A DNA stretch of 56,047 bases from an uncultured virus (IMG/VR IMGVR_UViG_3300042505_000848) (taxonomy: Duplodnaviria > Heunggongvirae > Uroviricota > Caudoviricetes). The stretch lies in the IMG/VR virus record IMGVR_UViG_3300042505_000848; one strand, 5' to 3'. The notes under the pieces were generated by a model. The model did no database searches, was not told where the DNA came from, and saw only the letters and a list, made by a program, of their open reading frames with translations. Position 1 is the stretch's first letter. Each line of letters opens with the position of its first letter. Shown in pieces: positions 34,045-43,805 of the stretch. Both the position numbers and the translations under genes were made by a program.

Positions 34045-35943
34045 TTAGTCTGCCTTCTTCTCTGTGAAGCTGGCGTCGACTACATCATCTGGGCTAGGCT
34101 GGGTAGGCTGTGCTTGTGCCGCCTGTTCCTTGGCCTGCTTTTTCTCTAACAATGTTTTCATTGCCGGGAAAACCTTGTTAAGCTCTTCGGTGATCTTTTC
34201 AGCATCGTCACCTTTAGCTGCTGTTTCAACTGCGGTAATCACTGTTTCAATTTCTGTGACTTCTGCTTCTGTAAGCTCTGCACGGAATTCCTCAAGATCT
34301 TTTTTGACTTCGTGCACCTGTGCTTCTGCTGAATTTCTTGTATCGATCAGCGTACGAGCTTTCTTGTCTGCTTCTGCATTCAACTCTGCGTCTTTGATCA
34401 TGGCTTGAATTTCAGCTTCTGATAGTCCACTGTTAGATTTAATAGTGATCTTGTTTTCTTTGCCTGTGGCCTTGTCTTTGGCTGAGATATGCATGATACC
34501 GTTGGCGTCAATGTCAAAGGTAACTTCAACTTGTGGCTGTCCTCTACGTGCAGGAGCAATACCGTCTAGTTTAAATTCACCTAACAACTTGTTATATTGT
34601 ACAAGCTCACGTTCGCCTTGGAACACCTTGATATCCACTGCTGGTTGATTATCTTCTGCTGTTGAGAATGTCTGCTGTCCTTTAGTCGGAATAGTAGTAT
34701 TCTTTTGGATGATCTTGGTCATTACACCGCCCATGGTCTCAATGCCCAGGCTCAATGGTGTGACATCTAACAACAGCACGTCATTGCGATCGCCACCTAG
34801 CACAGCACCCTGGATAGCAGCACCAACGGCAACTGCTTCATCTGGATTAACGTCTTTGCGTGGTGCTTTGCCAAACAGTTTCTCAACTTCTTCTTGTACC
34901 TTAGGCATGCGTGTCTGGCCACCTACTAAGATGACTTCGTCGATGTCTGAGGCACTCACGCCTGCATCCTTGAGAGCAATACGGCATGGCTCTAATGAAC
35001 GTGTGATTAGTTCGTCAACCAGTTGTTCTAGTTTACTACGTGTGATCTTAACATTCATGTGTTTAGGACCGGTAGCATCTGCTGTGATGTAAGGAAGGTT
35101 GACATCTGTCTGAGCCGAACTTGACAATTCAATCTTGGCTTTTTCAGCAGCGTCTTTCAAACGTTGTAGGGCCAACATGTCTTTGCTTAGATCCACACCT
35201 GCTTCTTTCTTGAACTCATCCACCAGATAGTCCATGATGCGTTGGTCAAAGTCTTCACCACCTAAGAATGTATCTCCGTTGGTGCTTAATACTTCAATCT
35301 GCTTGTCCCCGTCTACATTCGCGATTTCGATGATCGACACATCGAAAGTACCGCCACCAAGGTCGTAAACAGCAATTTTCCTATCAGCTTTGTCATCTTT
35401 ATCAACACCATAAGCAAGAGCTGCCGCAGTAGGCTCATTGATAATACGAAGTACCTCCAAGCCTGCGATCTTTCCAGCATCTTTAGTGGCCTGTCTTTGG
35501 CTGTCGTTAAAATACGCTGGAACTGTGATAACTGCTTGAGTAACTGTTGTACCAAGATAATCCTCCGCTGTCTGTTTCATTTTACGCAGAACTTCTGCTG
35601 AAATCTGTGGAGGTGCTAGTTCTTTGTCTTGTGCCCTAACCCATGCATCGCCATTACTATTTTCATAGATTTCGTAGGGCATGAGGTCGAGGTCTTTTTG
35701 CACAGCCTGTTCTTTGAACTTGCGACCGATCAGTCGTTTGCTGGCATAAATTGTGTTCTTGGGATTTGTTACTGCCTGACGCTTGGCTGAAGCGCCAACA
35801 ATGATTTCGTCTTGTGTATAGGCTACGATTGAGGGCGTAGTTCTAGCACCTTCTGAATTTTCAATAACTTTGGATTTTCCATTCTCGATAACAGCCACGC
35901 ATGAGTTGGTGGTGCCGAGGTCAATACCGATGATCTTAGACAT
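34045..35943 (-). CDS. dnaK: Chaperone DnaK (Hsp70)
   Basis: [21 protein letters not shown] and the other Hsp70 motifs. Confidence 0.98.
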   Translation of the reverse strand: MSKIIGIDLGTTNSCVAVIENGKSKVIENSEGARTTPSIVAYTQDEIIVGASAKRQAVTNPKNTIYASKRLIGRKFKEQAVQKDLDLMPYEIYENSNGDAWVRAQDKELAPPQISAEVLRKMKQTAEDYLGTTVTQAVITVPAYFNDSQRQATKDAGKIAGLEVLRIINEPTAAALAYGVDKDDKADRKIAVYDLGGGTFDVSIIEIANVDGDKQIEVLSTNGDTFLGGEDFDQRIMDYLVDEFKKEAGVDLSKDMLALQRLKDAAEKAKIELSSSAQTDVNLPYITADATGPKHMNVKITRSKLEQLVDELITRSLEPCRIALKDAGVSASDIDEVILVGGQTRMPKVQEEVEKLFGKAPRKDVNPDEAVAVGAAIQGAVLGGDRNDVLLLDVTPLSLGIETMGGVMTKIIQKNTTIPTKGQQTFSTAEDNQPAVDIKVFQGERELVQYNKLLGEFKLDGIAPARRGQPQVEVTFDIDANGIMHISAKDKATGKENKITIKSNSGLSEAEIQAMIKDAELNAEADKKARTLIDTRNSAEAQVHEVKKDLEEFRAELTEAEVTEIETVITAVETAAKGDDAEKITEELNKVFPAMKTLLEKKQAKEQAAQAQPTQPSPDDVVDASFTEKKAD

Positions 35944-36028
35944 GTTCTATCTCCTTTAAAGTAAGATCTATTTGAGCACTATGCTCTATGAACTGCCCTT
36001 GACGGTGCAATTCACAATTTTATTTATA

Positions 36029-36313
36029 TCAGATATTCTCTAGATTCTGAATATTTGACCACTTTTTTAATTTTTCACGTTTAGCTTCAGCTGCACGATC
36101 AATATTTGTCCAGCTCACAATATCCATGCTGTGCAAGATATCGATCATGGTTATCATGTCGCCCAGCTCTTCTTCTAGGTGTGCCCTATTGGTTTTAGGT
36201 TTGCCCGGCTTGTAATTATCAAGCCCGAAGCGGCTGATTTTACTTACCGCTTGTATAACTTCAGCACATTCTTCTTGGAGAATGTCCATTACTTCTTTGG
36301 TTTGACTGTCCAT
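36029..36313 (-). CDS. MazG-like NTP pyrophosphohydrolase
   Basis: QEECAEVIQAVSK...LEEELGD. Confidence 0.8.
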   Translation of the reverse strand: MDSQTKEVMDILQEECAEVIQAVSKISRFGLDNYKPGKPKTNRAHLEEELGDMITMIDILHSMDIVSWTNIDRAAEAKREKLKKWSNIQNLENI

Positions 36314-36316
36314 ATA

Positions 36317-36898
36317 TTACCTTTGATTTGCAAATGGTGCGATATAGTTACCGTCGCTCATTGTGCTGGTCCGCAGAGCTTTGTAGACATTTTGCACACC
36401 CACTGCTTGATTCCACGCATCTTCGAGAGCATGATGTTTTAGCACTGGAGGACGGTTGGGATTAATGCCTACATCAAAAATTGTACGGGTGTCACGAACT
36501 TCCCAGAAGCTCCACGGAATAGCTTTGCCGATTTTACGGAAATACCATTCTAGGATCGTAACGTCAAATCCTGCACCGTGACTCCATACTCGTTTTCCGC
36601 CCCAACAAAACTTATACAGTTGTGTCATTGCTTCTTCAATAGATACTCTGTTTGCAGGATCAAATGCTTCGTTCTGAGCTTCCTGGCTTTGGTTGGCCCA
36701 CCAATCTAAGGTAGCCTGTGATACCGTAGCACCAATCCGATCACAGCTATCAACATCAACACGGACATAAAATTTCTCACATTTCTTTTCGTTTACATCG
36801 TCACCAAATGGATCAAATTTAACTGCTCCAATGGTAAGGATTGTGGCGGAGGGAAGGACGTCAAGCGTCTCCAAGTCTATCATAATATCTGTGTTCAT
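36317..36898 (-). CDS. DEDDh 3'-5' exonuclease
   Basis: MIDLET, FDVTIL, RDTRT, HHALEDA; promoter at 36905-36933. Confidence 0.88.
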   Translation of the reverse strand: MNTDIMIDLETLDVLPSATILTIGAVKFDPFGDDVNEKKCEKFYVRVDVDSCDRIGATVSQATLDWWANQSQEAQNEAFDPANRVSIEEAMTQLYKFCWGGKRVWSHGAGFDVTILEWYFRKIGKAIPWSFWEVRDTRTIFDVGINPNRPPVLKHHALEDAWNQAVGVQNVYKALRTSTMSDGNYIAPFANQR

Positions 36899-36936
36899 AC
36901 AGTTATTATACTACCTTTCTGACCAATGGTCAATGA

Positions 36937-37173
36937 TTAAAACAGTTTAGGGGGAAGTTGTTGATCGCGGAGTTTTTTACGCCAACGTGCTTTGGCAGCA
37001 CCTTTTTTGCGTTTGCGTTCAGTGGTAGGTTTTTCGTAGAATTCTTTGGCACGTAGAGTGTCCAGTGTGCCAGCTTCTTCGATTTTCTTTTTAAATCGAC
37101 GCAGAGCCTGATTGATGTTTTCGTTTTCTTTGACTACAACACCAGTGCCTTTTGATTTACTAAATCTATTCAT
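36937..37173 (-). CDS. rpsU: Ribosomal protein bS21
   Basis: [13 protein letters not shown]...[20 protein letters not shown]. Confidence 0.95.
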   Translation of the reverse strand: MNRFSKSKGTGVVVKENENINQALRRFKKKIEEAGTLDTLRAKEFYEKPTTERKRKKGAAKARWRKKLRDQQLPPKLF

Positions 37174-37561
37174 GATGATTTGAGACTTTCTCCAATAAAG
37201 TTAAAATTTCTTCAACACTGTATATAGCACGATCGTTGACCATATGTAAATCTTTTAGATTGCCAAAATAGTAAGATCGTGGTTGAGCCGCTACCCAACC
37301 TATGATTAATTCGATAGCACCATTATTTTCAGGAGAAGCGTTGAATATAATCAAATCACCTTTGACAATTTTGTCCATTAACCATGCAATAGGGTCTCCC
37401 ATTTTCCAAACATAGTTTATGATGGTATGGGGCAGCGTGGCCTGCATCAATGCGTTGGAAACGATAGCACTGTGTTCTTCTGTGAGTTCTACATGAACAA
37501 TTCGAATACCTTGTAACAAGGTATCGTCAGGCGAAGTAACAACTAGAATACGGTCACTCAT
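37166..37561 (-). CDS. Hypothetical protein
   Basis: Coupled ORF starting MSDRILVVT. Confidence 0.7.
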   Translation of the reverse strand: MSDRILVVTSPDDTLLQGIRIVHVELTEEHSAIVSNALMQATLPHTIINYVWKMGDPIAWLMDKIVKGDLIIFNASPENNGAIELIIGWVAAQPRSYYFGNLKDLHMVNDRAIYSVEEILTLLEKVSNHHE

Positions 37562-39024
37562 TTTTTGGCGTCTTGAATTCGTTGCCAAATGGTACGTTCA
37601 CTCTGTTCAGCATTCTGTTGATAGTTTTCTTTGATACGTTTGATCTGGTTGCCCTGTTCATCATGTTCCATCCACGACACATCAGAAACACCACGTTCTT
37701 CAGCCCACTCTTTGGCCTTTGCTGCTTCTTCTATGTCGGGATTTTCATCGGCCCATTTCTTGGCTTCTACAGCAGCTTCATCCACAAAGTCTGCCTGAGG
37801 TTTGAGATAATTTTCCCAAGGCAACTGATCTATGATGCCTTTTGCCAACAACTGTCTTTGAAACTTAAGACTAGAATCCGGATGATCATGTTTCCACGCT
37901 GTCATAGCCGCAGCTTCCGATGTGGTTGCCGCTTCTAATATTTCTGAGTCTTTGATCTCACGTTCTTGTTCTACAGCTTTCTCAGCTTCTGCAATCATTT
38001 TGTTCCATTGCTCAAGCGGTATGTCTTCTACCGTTTCTGCTGGCTTTTCCTCTGTTGCTGTTATATCACCTCCTAGTGCAGTCAACGGTGTTTCGCCTGG
38101 AACTTTTTCTGTGTGTGTTTGTGCTGGTGGAAACGGCCAAAATGCGCTCGGTGTTCCGTAAAACGAGATTGTTTCTTCTTTGGGTTCTATCTCTGGTTCT
38201 TCAGTTACGACTTCTGTTTTAACAATCTCCGGAGTTTCTTCTTCTTGTTTTCGGAACCATTGGAAACTGTATTGGCTTGCTAGCAGTAAAATAACAGCCA
38301 ACGGATCAAATACAATAACAATAATAATAATTACCCATGTTACTGCTTTTTCTAATACGTTAGCATCTGGATTATCACCGTAGATAAAATTGGCAATATA
38401 TTTTATTGGTCCAACTTCTGCTTCTACTTTGCGGACCTCAGCGGCAATCGGTGCCCTCTCTTCAGATAGTTGACTAATAATTTTCTGTTCGGCTGCAATC
38501 TCAGTTTGGAGACGAGCACGTTCTTTTTGTTGGCCTCTTCGAATCGCAACTGCTTTGTCGGCACCTTTTTCGTCACTGCTTCGACCCATGACTTGGTCCA
38601 CAGCCTCATCCATCTGTTTAAGCGCCTTACGGTTCGCATCTATATTATCCTTGGCAGTTTTAATCTTTTCGTCGTAGACGGCTATTCTACTCTGCACATC
38701 ACCTGATACAAGACTTTGATCACTGTGTGCTTTAGACAAGAAGCCAAAAATACCCATACTAGTGATTAACATCAATATGGCAATGGCTGCTAGCAGATAG
38801 GCTCGAATAAAATACGGTGCTCTAGTCCAATTTTGTTTGAGCCATACAGTGCCAGCCAGTTTGCTGACTTCCAAGGCCACTCCCATCACGATGATGGGAA
38901 TAACTGCCGCAGAGAATATGGCCACAAGTCCAGCCACGCTGTAATAGATGGCCACTGCAGATACCGTTAATCCGCTGATTAAGGTTGACCATGCAATGAA
39001 TTTGTCGCTTGTATGTATTCTCAT
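37558..39024 (-). CDS. Membrane-anchored coiled-coil protein
   Basis: 3 N-terminal TM, SMGIFGFLSKAH, coiled coil, a further TM, acidic tail. Confidence 0.8.
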   Translation of the reverse strand: MRIHTSDKFIAWSTLISGLTVSAVAIYYSVAGLVAIFSAAVIPIIVMGVALEVSKLAGTVWLKQNWTRAPYFIRAYLLAAIAILMLITSMGIFGFLSKAHSDQSLVSGDVQSRIAVYDEKIKTAKDNIDANRKALKQMDEAVDQVMGRSSDEKGADKAVAIRRGQQKERARLQTEIAAEQKIISQLSEERAPIAAEVRKVEAEVGPIKYIANFIYGDNPDANVLEKAVTWVIIIIVIVFDPLAVILLLASQYSFQWFRKQEEETPEIVKTEVVTEEPEIEPKEETISFYGTPSAFWPFPPAQTHTEKVPGETPLTALGGDITATEEKPAETVEDIPLEQWNKMIAEAEKAVEQEREIKDSEILEAATTSEAAAMTAWKHDHPDSSLKFQRQLLAKGIIDQLPWENYLKPQADFVDEAAVEAKKWADENPDIEEAAKAKEWAEERGVSDVSWMEHDEQGNQIKRIKENYQQNAEQSERTIWQRIQDAKK

Positions 39025-39034
39025 GAACTAATAT

Positions 39035-39403
39035 TTAGCTGGACCAGTGCCACCTATTATCTACTTCGTTAAAGCAGGCAGTGGTTTGTAGATCTTTCTG
39101 CATGTTATGTGCAATAACACTCACGTGCAGGCGTTTGCATAATGCGCCATTTCTAGGAAACTGCCATGCCACTCTAACTGTGCCGCTGGCGTTGTTCTTA
39201 TACCATCTGGAGAATTGACCAGGTTGAACTTCCTCCAGAGCCAATATCAGCGAACTATAATAGGCATCTTTCTGATCAGCATCAAGACCTTTGAACCAAC
39301 CAAAACTGATATTGAGAATTTGTTCCAGCAAAGGTCCGTTGGTCTCTGGATAGAACTTGGGATTTTCTATGTTAATTGTCTGTGCGTTAGTGGACGTATT
39401 CAT
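39035..39403 (-). CDS. 17-kDa surface antigen-like protein
   Basis: WYKNNASG...CKR...TACF...W. Confidence 0.6.
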   Translation of the reverse strand: MNTSTNAQTINIENPKFYPETNGPLLEQILNISFGWFKGLDADQKDAYYSSLILALEEVQPGQFSRWYKNNASGTVRVAWQFPRNGALCKRLHVSVIAHNMQKDLQTTACFNEVDNRWHWSS

Positions 39404-39734
39404 AACCAACAACAGCGCCGTTGTGGTCAAGAATCTGACAGCTTTTGATTTGTAGGTTAACAAGTTTATCTCCAGATTGAACAGTTCTATTTGCGATACC
39501 ACAATGACCAGCCATGCCCATTCTCACAGCAGTGAGCCGTTTGAATTGATCGTCGGTGCATTCAACCAAAGTTTCGCTGTTTACACGTTCACCATTCTGA
39601 GTCTTGATGGTTTGGCTGGTATGGCAGTATTGAGGTTTCTGTGCCTGCACCTTGGGAGCTGAGCCGCATCCGGTCAACGCCAAGACACAAGCCAACAGAA
39701 ATGTGGGCATCACCGCGATAGCAAGAGCTCGCAT
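39387..39734 (-). CDS. Lipoprotein
   Basis: Lipobox LTGC. Confidence 0.7.
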   Translation of the reverse strand: MRALAIAVMPTFLLACVLALTGCGSAPKVQAQKPQYCHTSQTIKTQNGERVNSETLVECTDDQFKRLTAVRMGMAGHCGIANRTVQSGDKLVNLQIKSCQILDHNGAVVGYEYVH

Positions 39735-40213
39735 TATTGTGCCCTTGCTTGCTTGGCTTCGGCGATCAACTGCTCGAATACGTCTTTCTTCATTTCAAGA
39801 CGAGCATAAGTGTAATGACGTCCGTTCATGGTAAAATGACCTTTTTCGGTTTTTACATGTTTGCGGATAGCAGTATCTGTGACTTTGTAAGAAATCATAG
39901 TGCGAGTAGTTTTCTTGTCATTAACAATGTCAATCACAGTTTCAGAATTTACAGAACCGTTGATGCGTTTTGCAAAGTTGTTCATGGCAATGGCATCCAT
40001 CTGTTCTTCTGCTGCCTGTGCGTGAATCGATTCACCTGCACCGCAGGCATAGACCATGTCTTCTTTCCACCAGAACCAACCCTTGACGCCTTCTTGAGCG
40101 CAGTCTTGATACCAACTAGGTTGCGCATAGGTCTTGCGATCTGGGATATCTTTCATTGAAGAACACCCTGTAACGGCTGCTGCCAATAAGCCTACTAAAA
40201 TTGCCTTTTTCAT
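39734..40213 (-). CDS. Lipoprotein (LPP20-like)
   Basis: MKK...VTGC lipobox; PSWY; promoter at 40247-40275. Confidence 0.7.
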   Translation of the reverse strand: MKKAILVGLLAAAVTGCSSMKDIPDRKTYAQPSWYQDCAQEGVKGWFWWKEDMVYACGAGESIHAQAAEEQMDAIAMNNFAKRINGSVNSETVIDIVNDKKTTRTMISYKVTDTAIRKHVKTEKGHFTMNGRHYTYARLEMKKDVFEQLIAEAKQARAQ

Positions 40214-40292
40214 CGTTTGCCTTTCTGTGTGTGTAACGATAACAATAGTATAGCACCACAGCCGACCAAAGTCAACCGGGTGCCTTACCAAT

Positions 40293-40592
40293 TTACTTGA
40301 AGAAGATCAGGGCCATTAGCACAGCCTGGACAATAAATCCAAATCCAATAGTGACAATGTTCAACATGTCTTTTTGGATTGTGGCTTTGACGAACAACAG
40401 AGTCAATCCTGTCCAAACCAACAACACCAAATCCACACCCGGTAGTTTATCGGTCAGTCCTGCCATCACTGCCAACATGCTAGGCACCGTGGCGGAGTGC
40501 AGAACAATAGCCGCAAGCCAACCAAATGTTTCTGCTGAGATCACAGAGATTTTGGTTTGAACAAAGGCTTTGACTTGATTGATGTCGATCAT
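40293..40592 (-). CDS. Small 3-TM membrane protein (holin candidate)
   Basis: Hydrophobic; coupled to the hydrolase gene. Confidence 0.65.
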   Translation of the reverse strand: MIDINQVKAFVQTKISVISAETFGWLAAIVLHSATVPSMLAVMAGLTDKLPGVDLVLLVWTGLTLLFVKATIQKDMLNIVTIGFGFIVQAVLMALIFFK

Positions 40593-41143
40593 ATTTTGAT
40601 TCCTTTCTGTTTGTAAAAAATGTGCTGTCCGATTTGACCTATTTTGTCTAACGGCCATCTTGGGTTAACGTAGGTGGCATGATAATACAAAGCATCTTTG
40701 AGAATAGACAATCTAAATCCTTCCAAAAGAACTTTTTTAGCGACTTCATAGCTTTCATTGTATGCTTCCTTGTTGATTGGTCTGTTTCTATGTACCGAGT
40801 CACATGCCCATGAGAATTGACATACAACTTTTTCCATGAATACATTTTTTTGGTATACTACTCCGCAGACATCGTTGCCAAATTTTCCAGCGGCTACCCG
40901 ATTCATAGTTACCTGCGCCACTGCTACTTTACCTTCGAAGGGCTCATACCCTGCTTCACGATAAATGTTGATGGCCAAACAGTCCAACTGTTTTTCACGT
41001 GTTTGTATTGAAACCACGTCCTTGCTGTAGGCACCATTCTGTTGTTTCAGCTGTTGAAACTTAGCAGTGGTCATGTTAGTAACTAACCATACCACAGCGA
41101 TCACTCCTAATACATAGGATACTACTTTAAATGATTTTTCCAT
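40589..41143 (-). CDS. Cell wall hydrolase (SleB/Hydrolase_2) with N-terminal anchor
   Basis: CLAINIYREAGYEP, AVAQVTMNRV, CQFSW, LYYHATYVNPRW, IGQHIFY. Confidence 0.92.
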   Translation of the reverse strand: MEKSFKVVSYVLGVIAVVWLVTNMTTAKFQQLKQQNGAYSKDVVSIQTREKQLDCLAINIYREAGYEPFEGKVAVAQVTMNRVAAGKFGNDVCGVVYQKNVFMEKVVCQFSWACDSVHRNRPINKEAYNESYEVAKKVLLEGFRLSILKDALYYHATYVNPRWPLDKIGQIGQHIFYKQKGIKI

Positions 41144-41149
41144 AAGTCC

Positions 41150-41400
41150 TCCTTTGACTTGGTGTAATCCAAAATACAGATTACATTACATAAAGGGAGT
41201 TAACTTCACGAGGCTCTGAAAGAACCCTACTTTCGTGTAGTTGTCTCCATTGGACGCACAATCTCATAACTTGTGTGCCTCTGGCGACCCTTGGCATCCC
41301 GAAAATACGGGTTTCTCATTGGCCAAGACCCGCGGAATCGTTTCTGCTTTTGACATACTTTGATTCAACTATCTTAGTTTCTTTGCGAAACGTTTAATAT
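41150..41400 (-). promoter_or_regulatory. Long structured 5' leader of the cell-wall hydrolase gene
   Basis: Helices CTTGGC/GCCAAG, CCCG/CGGG, GGCACACAA/TTGTGCGTC, CTAC/GTAG, GGTTCT/AGAGCC, TGTAATC/GATTACA; CTCCCTTT can pair with SD AAAGGAGG. Confidence 0.6.
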
Positions 41401-41438
41401 ATATCATACTTTCTTTCTTTCAAGTTGTAAACCGGCGG

Positions 41439-41834
41439 TTATCGACGCATTTTGGAGATATCTACAGCTTCTTCATCACTAAACACCGGAACGGCATTGC
41501 TCTTGTGCATTGTGGCAATGCCTTTGACTTTGGTTCCTGTGTAGATTGGACTGGCTTTCAACACAGCGTTACCACCGGTATCTACACTTTTAATGTGTGC
41601 TGTGGTATTACGGCCTTCTGGAATTTTCAAACTGTATGAACTGCTCAAACTAGGAGCACTCAATCCACGAGTTCGTTTCTTTTCTTCGGCCTCTATGCCC
41701 CATTTTTTCTGCAATTCTTTCCAAGATTCATCCAATTCACGAGTTTTGCGGGCATGATCTGCAGAAGCAAATTTCTTCTTGCCTTTTTTCTTGCCTGTGG
41801 TTGACAGCCACGGACCTTCTAAATGCATGCTCAA
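41439..41834 (-). CDS. Conserved phage hypothetical protein
   Basis: YTGTKVKGIATMHKSNAVPVF; promoter at 41866-41894. Confidence 0.75.
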   Translation of the reverse strand: MSMHLEGPWLSTTGKKKGKKKFASADHARKTRELDESWKELQKKWGIEAEEKKRTRGLSAPSLSSSYSLKIPEGRNTTAHIKSVDTGGNAVLKASPIYTGTKVKGIATMHKSNAVPVFSDEEAVDISKMRR

Positions 41835-41880
41835 AATAGAACTCCTAAAAATTTACTGTAGTCTTATTATAACGTCTTTG

Positions 41881-42849
41881 TCAGTGTTTGTCAATGCCAA
41901 AATAGGGGTCGTTTTTCAACCAGTTATAATAGATTTCAAATCCTTGATCTACATCCACTTTTGGATTAAATCCAAAATCATTTCGAGCCTTGGTAACATC
42001 TAGTGCTCCGCGACTAGGAAAGTCTGCATCTTTATCTCGAACTTCGATACTGCCGCGCCCTGCTAATTTAACAGCAAGCTCAGCAGCACTTAATAAAGTC
42101 TTGCTATGACTCTTTGTAATATTGTATGTGTTATTTGCTGCCTTGTCTGAAAGTGTGGCAGCAACAAATCCGTCAGCAGCGTCATCAACATAGGTAAAGT
42201 CTAAGGTTTCATTTCTGCCATTTACCTTAAGTGTTTCACCACGCATGGCAGTAAGCAAAAATTTCGAAATAACACGATCCTCCACATCTAATGGACCATA
42301 TACTGCACTTGGTCTTAGAATGGTATGCTCGATACCATGTTTGCGTGTGTAATCTTTGACTAACCATTCACCGGCAAGTTTAAGAATACCGTATTGACCC
42401 TGAGGGCGGCACTCTGCATCTTCTGTGACATAATCTTCAAAGTCACCATAGACCATACTACTGCTAGCATAGGTAAATCTGCGAACACCGTGTTCTACTG
42501 CTTTTTCTAATAGCATTAATAGTCCAGTGCTCATTACTGTGCTTCCCCACGTAGGATTGGCATTGACTACTTTTTGTCTAGGAAATGATGCAAGATGGAT
42601 AATTGCTTCAATGTTGTGTTTAGGTAATAGCCAATCAAACATACTACCTTCAAGAATATCATTCACATGAATCTCAGAATGTTTAATAAACTTTCTTCGT
42701 TCTATCATTAAATGATCAAGCTCTTCTTGAGGAATGATTCCATAGTTAGTCATAACATCATAGACAACCACAGTGTGTCCTTGATCCTCTAACTTTCTAA
42801 CAATATTATGCCCAATGAGGCCCATACCACCGGTTACTAGAATATTCAT
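41881..42849 (-). CDS. NAD-dependent epimerase/dehydratase
   Basis: TGGMGLIG, ASSSMVYG, YGILK. Confidence 0.92.
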   Translation of the reverse strand: MNILVTGGMGLIGHNIVRKLEDQGHTVVVYDVMTNYGIIPQEELDHLMIERRKFIKHSEIHVNDILEGSMFDWLLPKHNIEAIIHLASFPRQKVVNANPTWGSTVMSTGLLMLLEKAVEHGVRRFTYASSSMVYGDFEDYVTEDAECRPQGQYGILKLAGEWLVKDYTRKHGIEHTILRPSAVYGPLDVEDRVISKFLLTAMRGETLKVNGRNETLDFTYVDDAADGFVAATLSDKAANNTYNITKSHSKTLLSAAELAVKLAGRGSIEVRDKDADFPSRGALDVTKARNDFGFNPKVDVDQGFEIYYNWLKNDPYFGIDKH

Positions 42850-43256
42850 TTTGTTTGATTAGAAATAGTTTTATACCCCTTGCCGGTAGGGTGTATGCGA
42901 TCCGGGCTTAGATCGTGGGTGCGAGTTTCGATAACACGATCATGATACTTGTTGGCCACAGCCCAAACTGCCTTGCGTTTTTCTTCTTTGATAGCCGGCA
43001 AGATCCAATAAACACGATCTGCTTGAACCAATTGACGCAGGGTGTCCAATTCTTCAAAGGTGTTTATCTTTTCAGTATCGTTTGATCCTAGGCTGATAAT
43101 AACGTGTTTGGCCTGTGTATCACCTTTGGTGTGTAACAGATACCGGTTCACATAGTCATAGCTGTTGATACCACTCTTGGCATGAGTAACACATTCGGTA
43201 CGAACCTGTCCCACACCTACTGCAAGGCTGTCGCCTAGAATCAAACATTCCAACAT
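42846..43256 (-). CDS. SGNH/GDSL hydrolase
   Basis: GDSL, GSND, DRIHP. Confidence 0.88.
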   Translation of the reverse strand: MLECLILGDSLAVGVGQVRTECVTHAKSGINSYDYVNRYLLHTKGDTQAKHVIISLGSNDTEKINTFEELDTLRQLVQADRVYWILPAIKEEKRKAVWAVANKYHDRVIETRTHDLSPDRIHPTGKGYKTISNQTK

Positions 43257-43315
43257 AAGTTTTCCAAAAATGTTAATCATAAAATATATTATAACATACT
43301 TAATACATATGTCAA

Positions 43316-43342
43316 GAGAAAGCCCACCGAAGTGGGCTATTC
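43316..43342 (-). terminator. Intrinsic terminator
   Basis: AGCCCAC-TTCG-GTGGGCT followed by a U-tract. Confidence 0.85.
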
Positions 43343-43362
43343 TGTTAGTTTACAAGGTATAA

Positions 43363-43587
43363 CTATCCCAGACTGTTATTTTTAACATCCATGGTCATTT
43401 GTTTAACCAATCGATATATCATTTCCTTGTGATACTCTGTGGCAAGATAGTCGCCTTGGCTTTCACCCGACTCGTATCCGTACTTGTATGCCGGAGTATC
43501 GATATACTGATTGCGTTCATCCATGCTGTTTAGTATTTCTCGTATTTTAGATGATTCTGGTTTTTTCTCTTTTATTGCTTTTGTCAT
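43363..43587 (-). CDS. Hypothetical protein
   Basis: GGAG RBS; AYKYGYESG. Confidence 0.65.
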   Translation of the reverse strand: MTKAIKEKKPESSKIREILNSMDERNQYIDTPAYKYGYESGESQGDYLATEYHKEMIYRLVKQMTMDVKNNSLG

Positions 43588-43589
43588 TG

Positions 43590-43796
43590 TTATTCTCCAA
43601 ATCTATCTATGCGATAGGTAGCTGCTAATGCCGCAGTCAGCTGTCGGTTATGTTCCATGGCTGCTTGATAGCCATCTTCAAAACCTTGTTTCCAAAGCGG
43701 GTTAGACATCATTTCTTCATCCGTTTCGTTAATTTCTTTTAACATCTCGCGTAGTGATTTCCCTTTGCCGGGCCGGCCTGGTCCAAATTGTGTCAT
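43590..43796 (-). CDS. Hypothetical protein
   Basis: AGGAG RBS; WKQGFEDGY. Confidence 0.65.
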   Translation of the reverse strand: MTQFGPGRPGKGKSLREMLKEINETDEEMMSNPLWKQGFEDGYQAAMEHNRQLTAALAATYRIDRFGE

Positions 43797-43805
43797 ATTG
43801 TCTCC

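Noticed and set aside
34064..35555. ORFs within dnaK
   Set aside because: Antisense or alternate-frame shadows of a conserved gene
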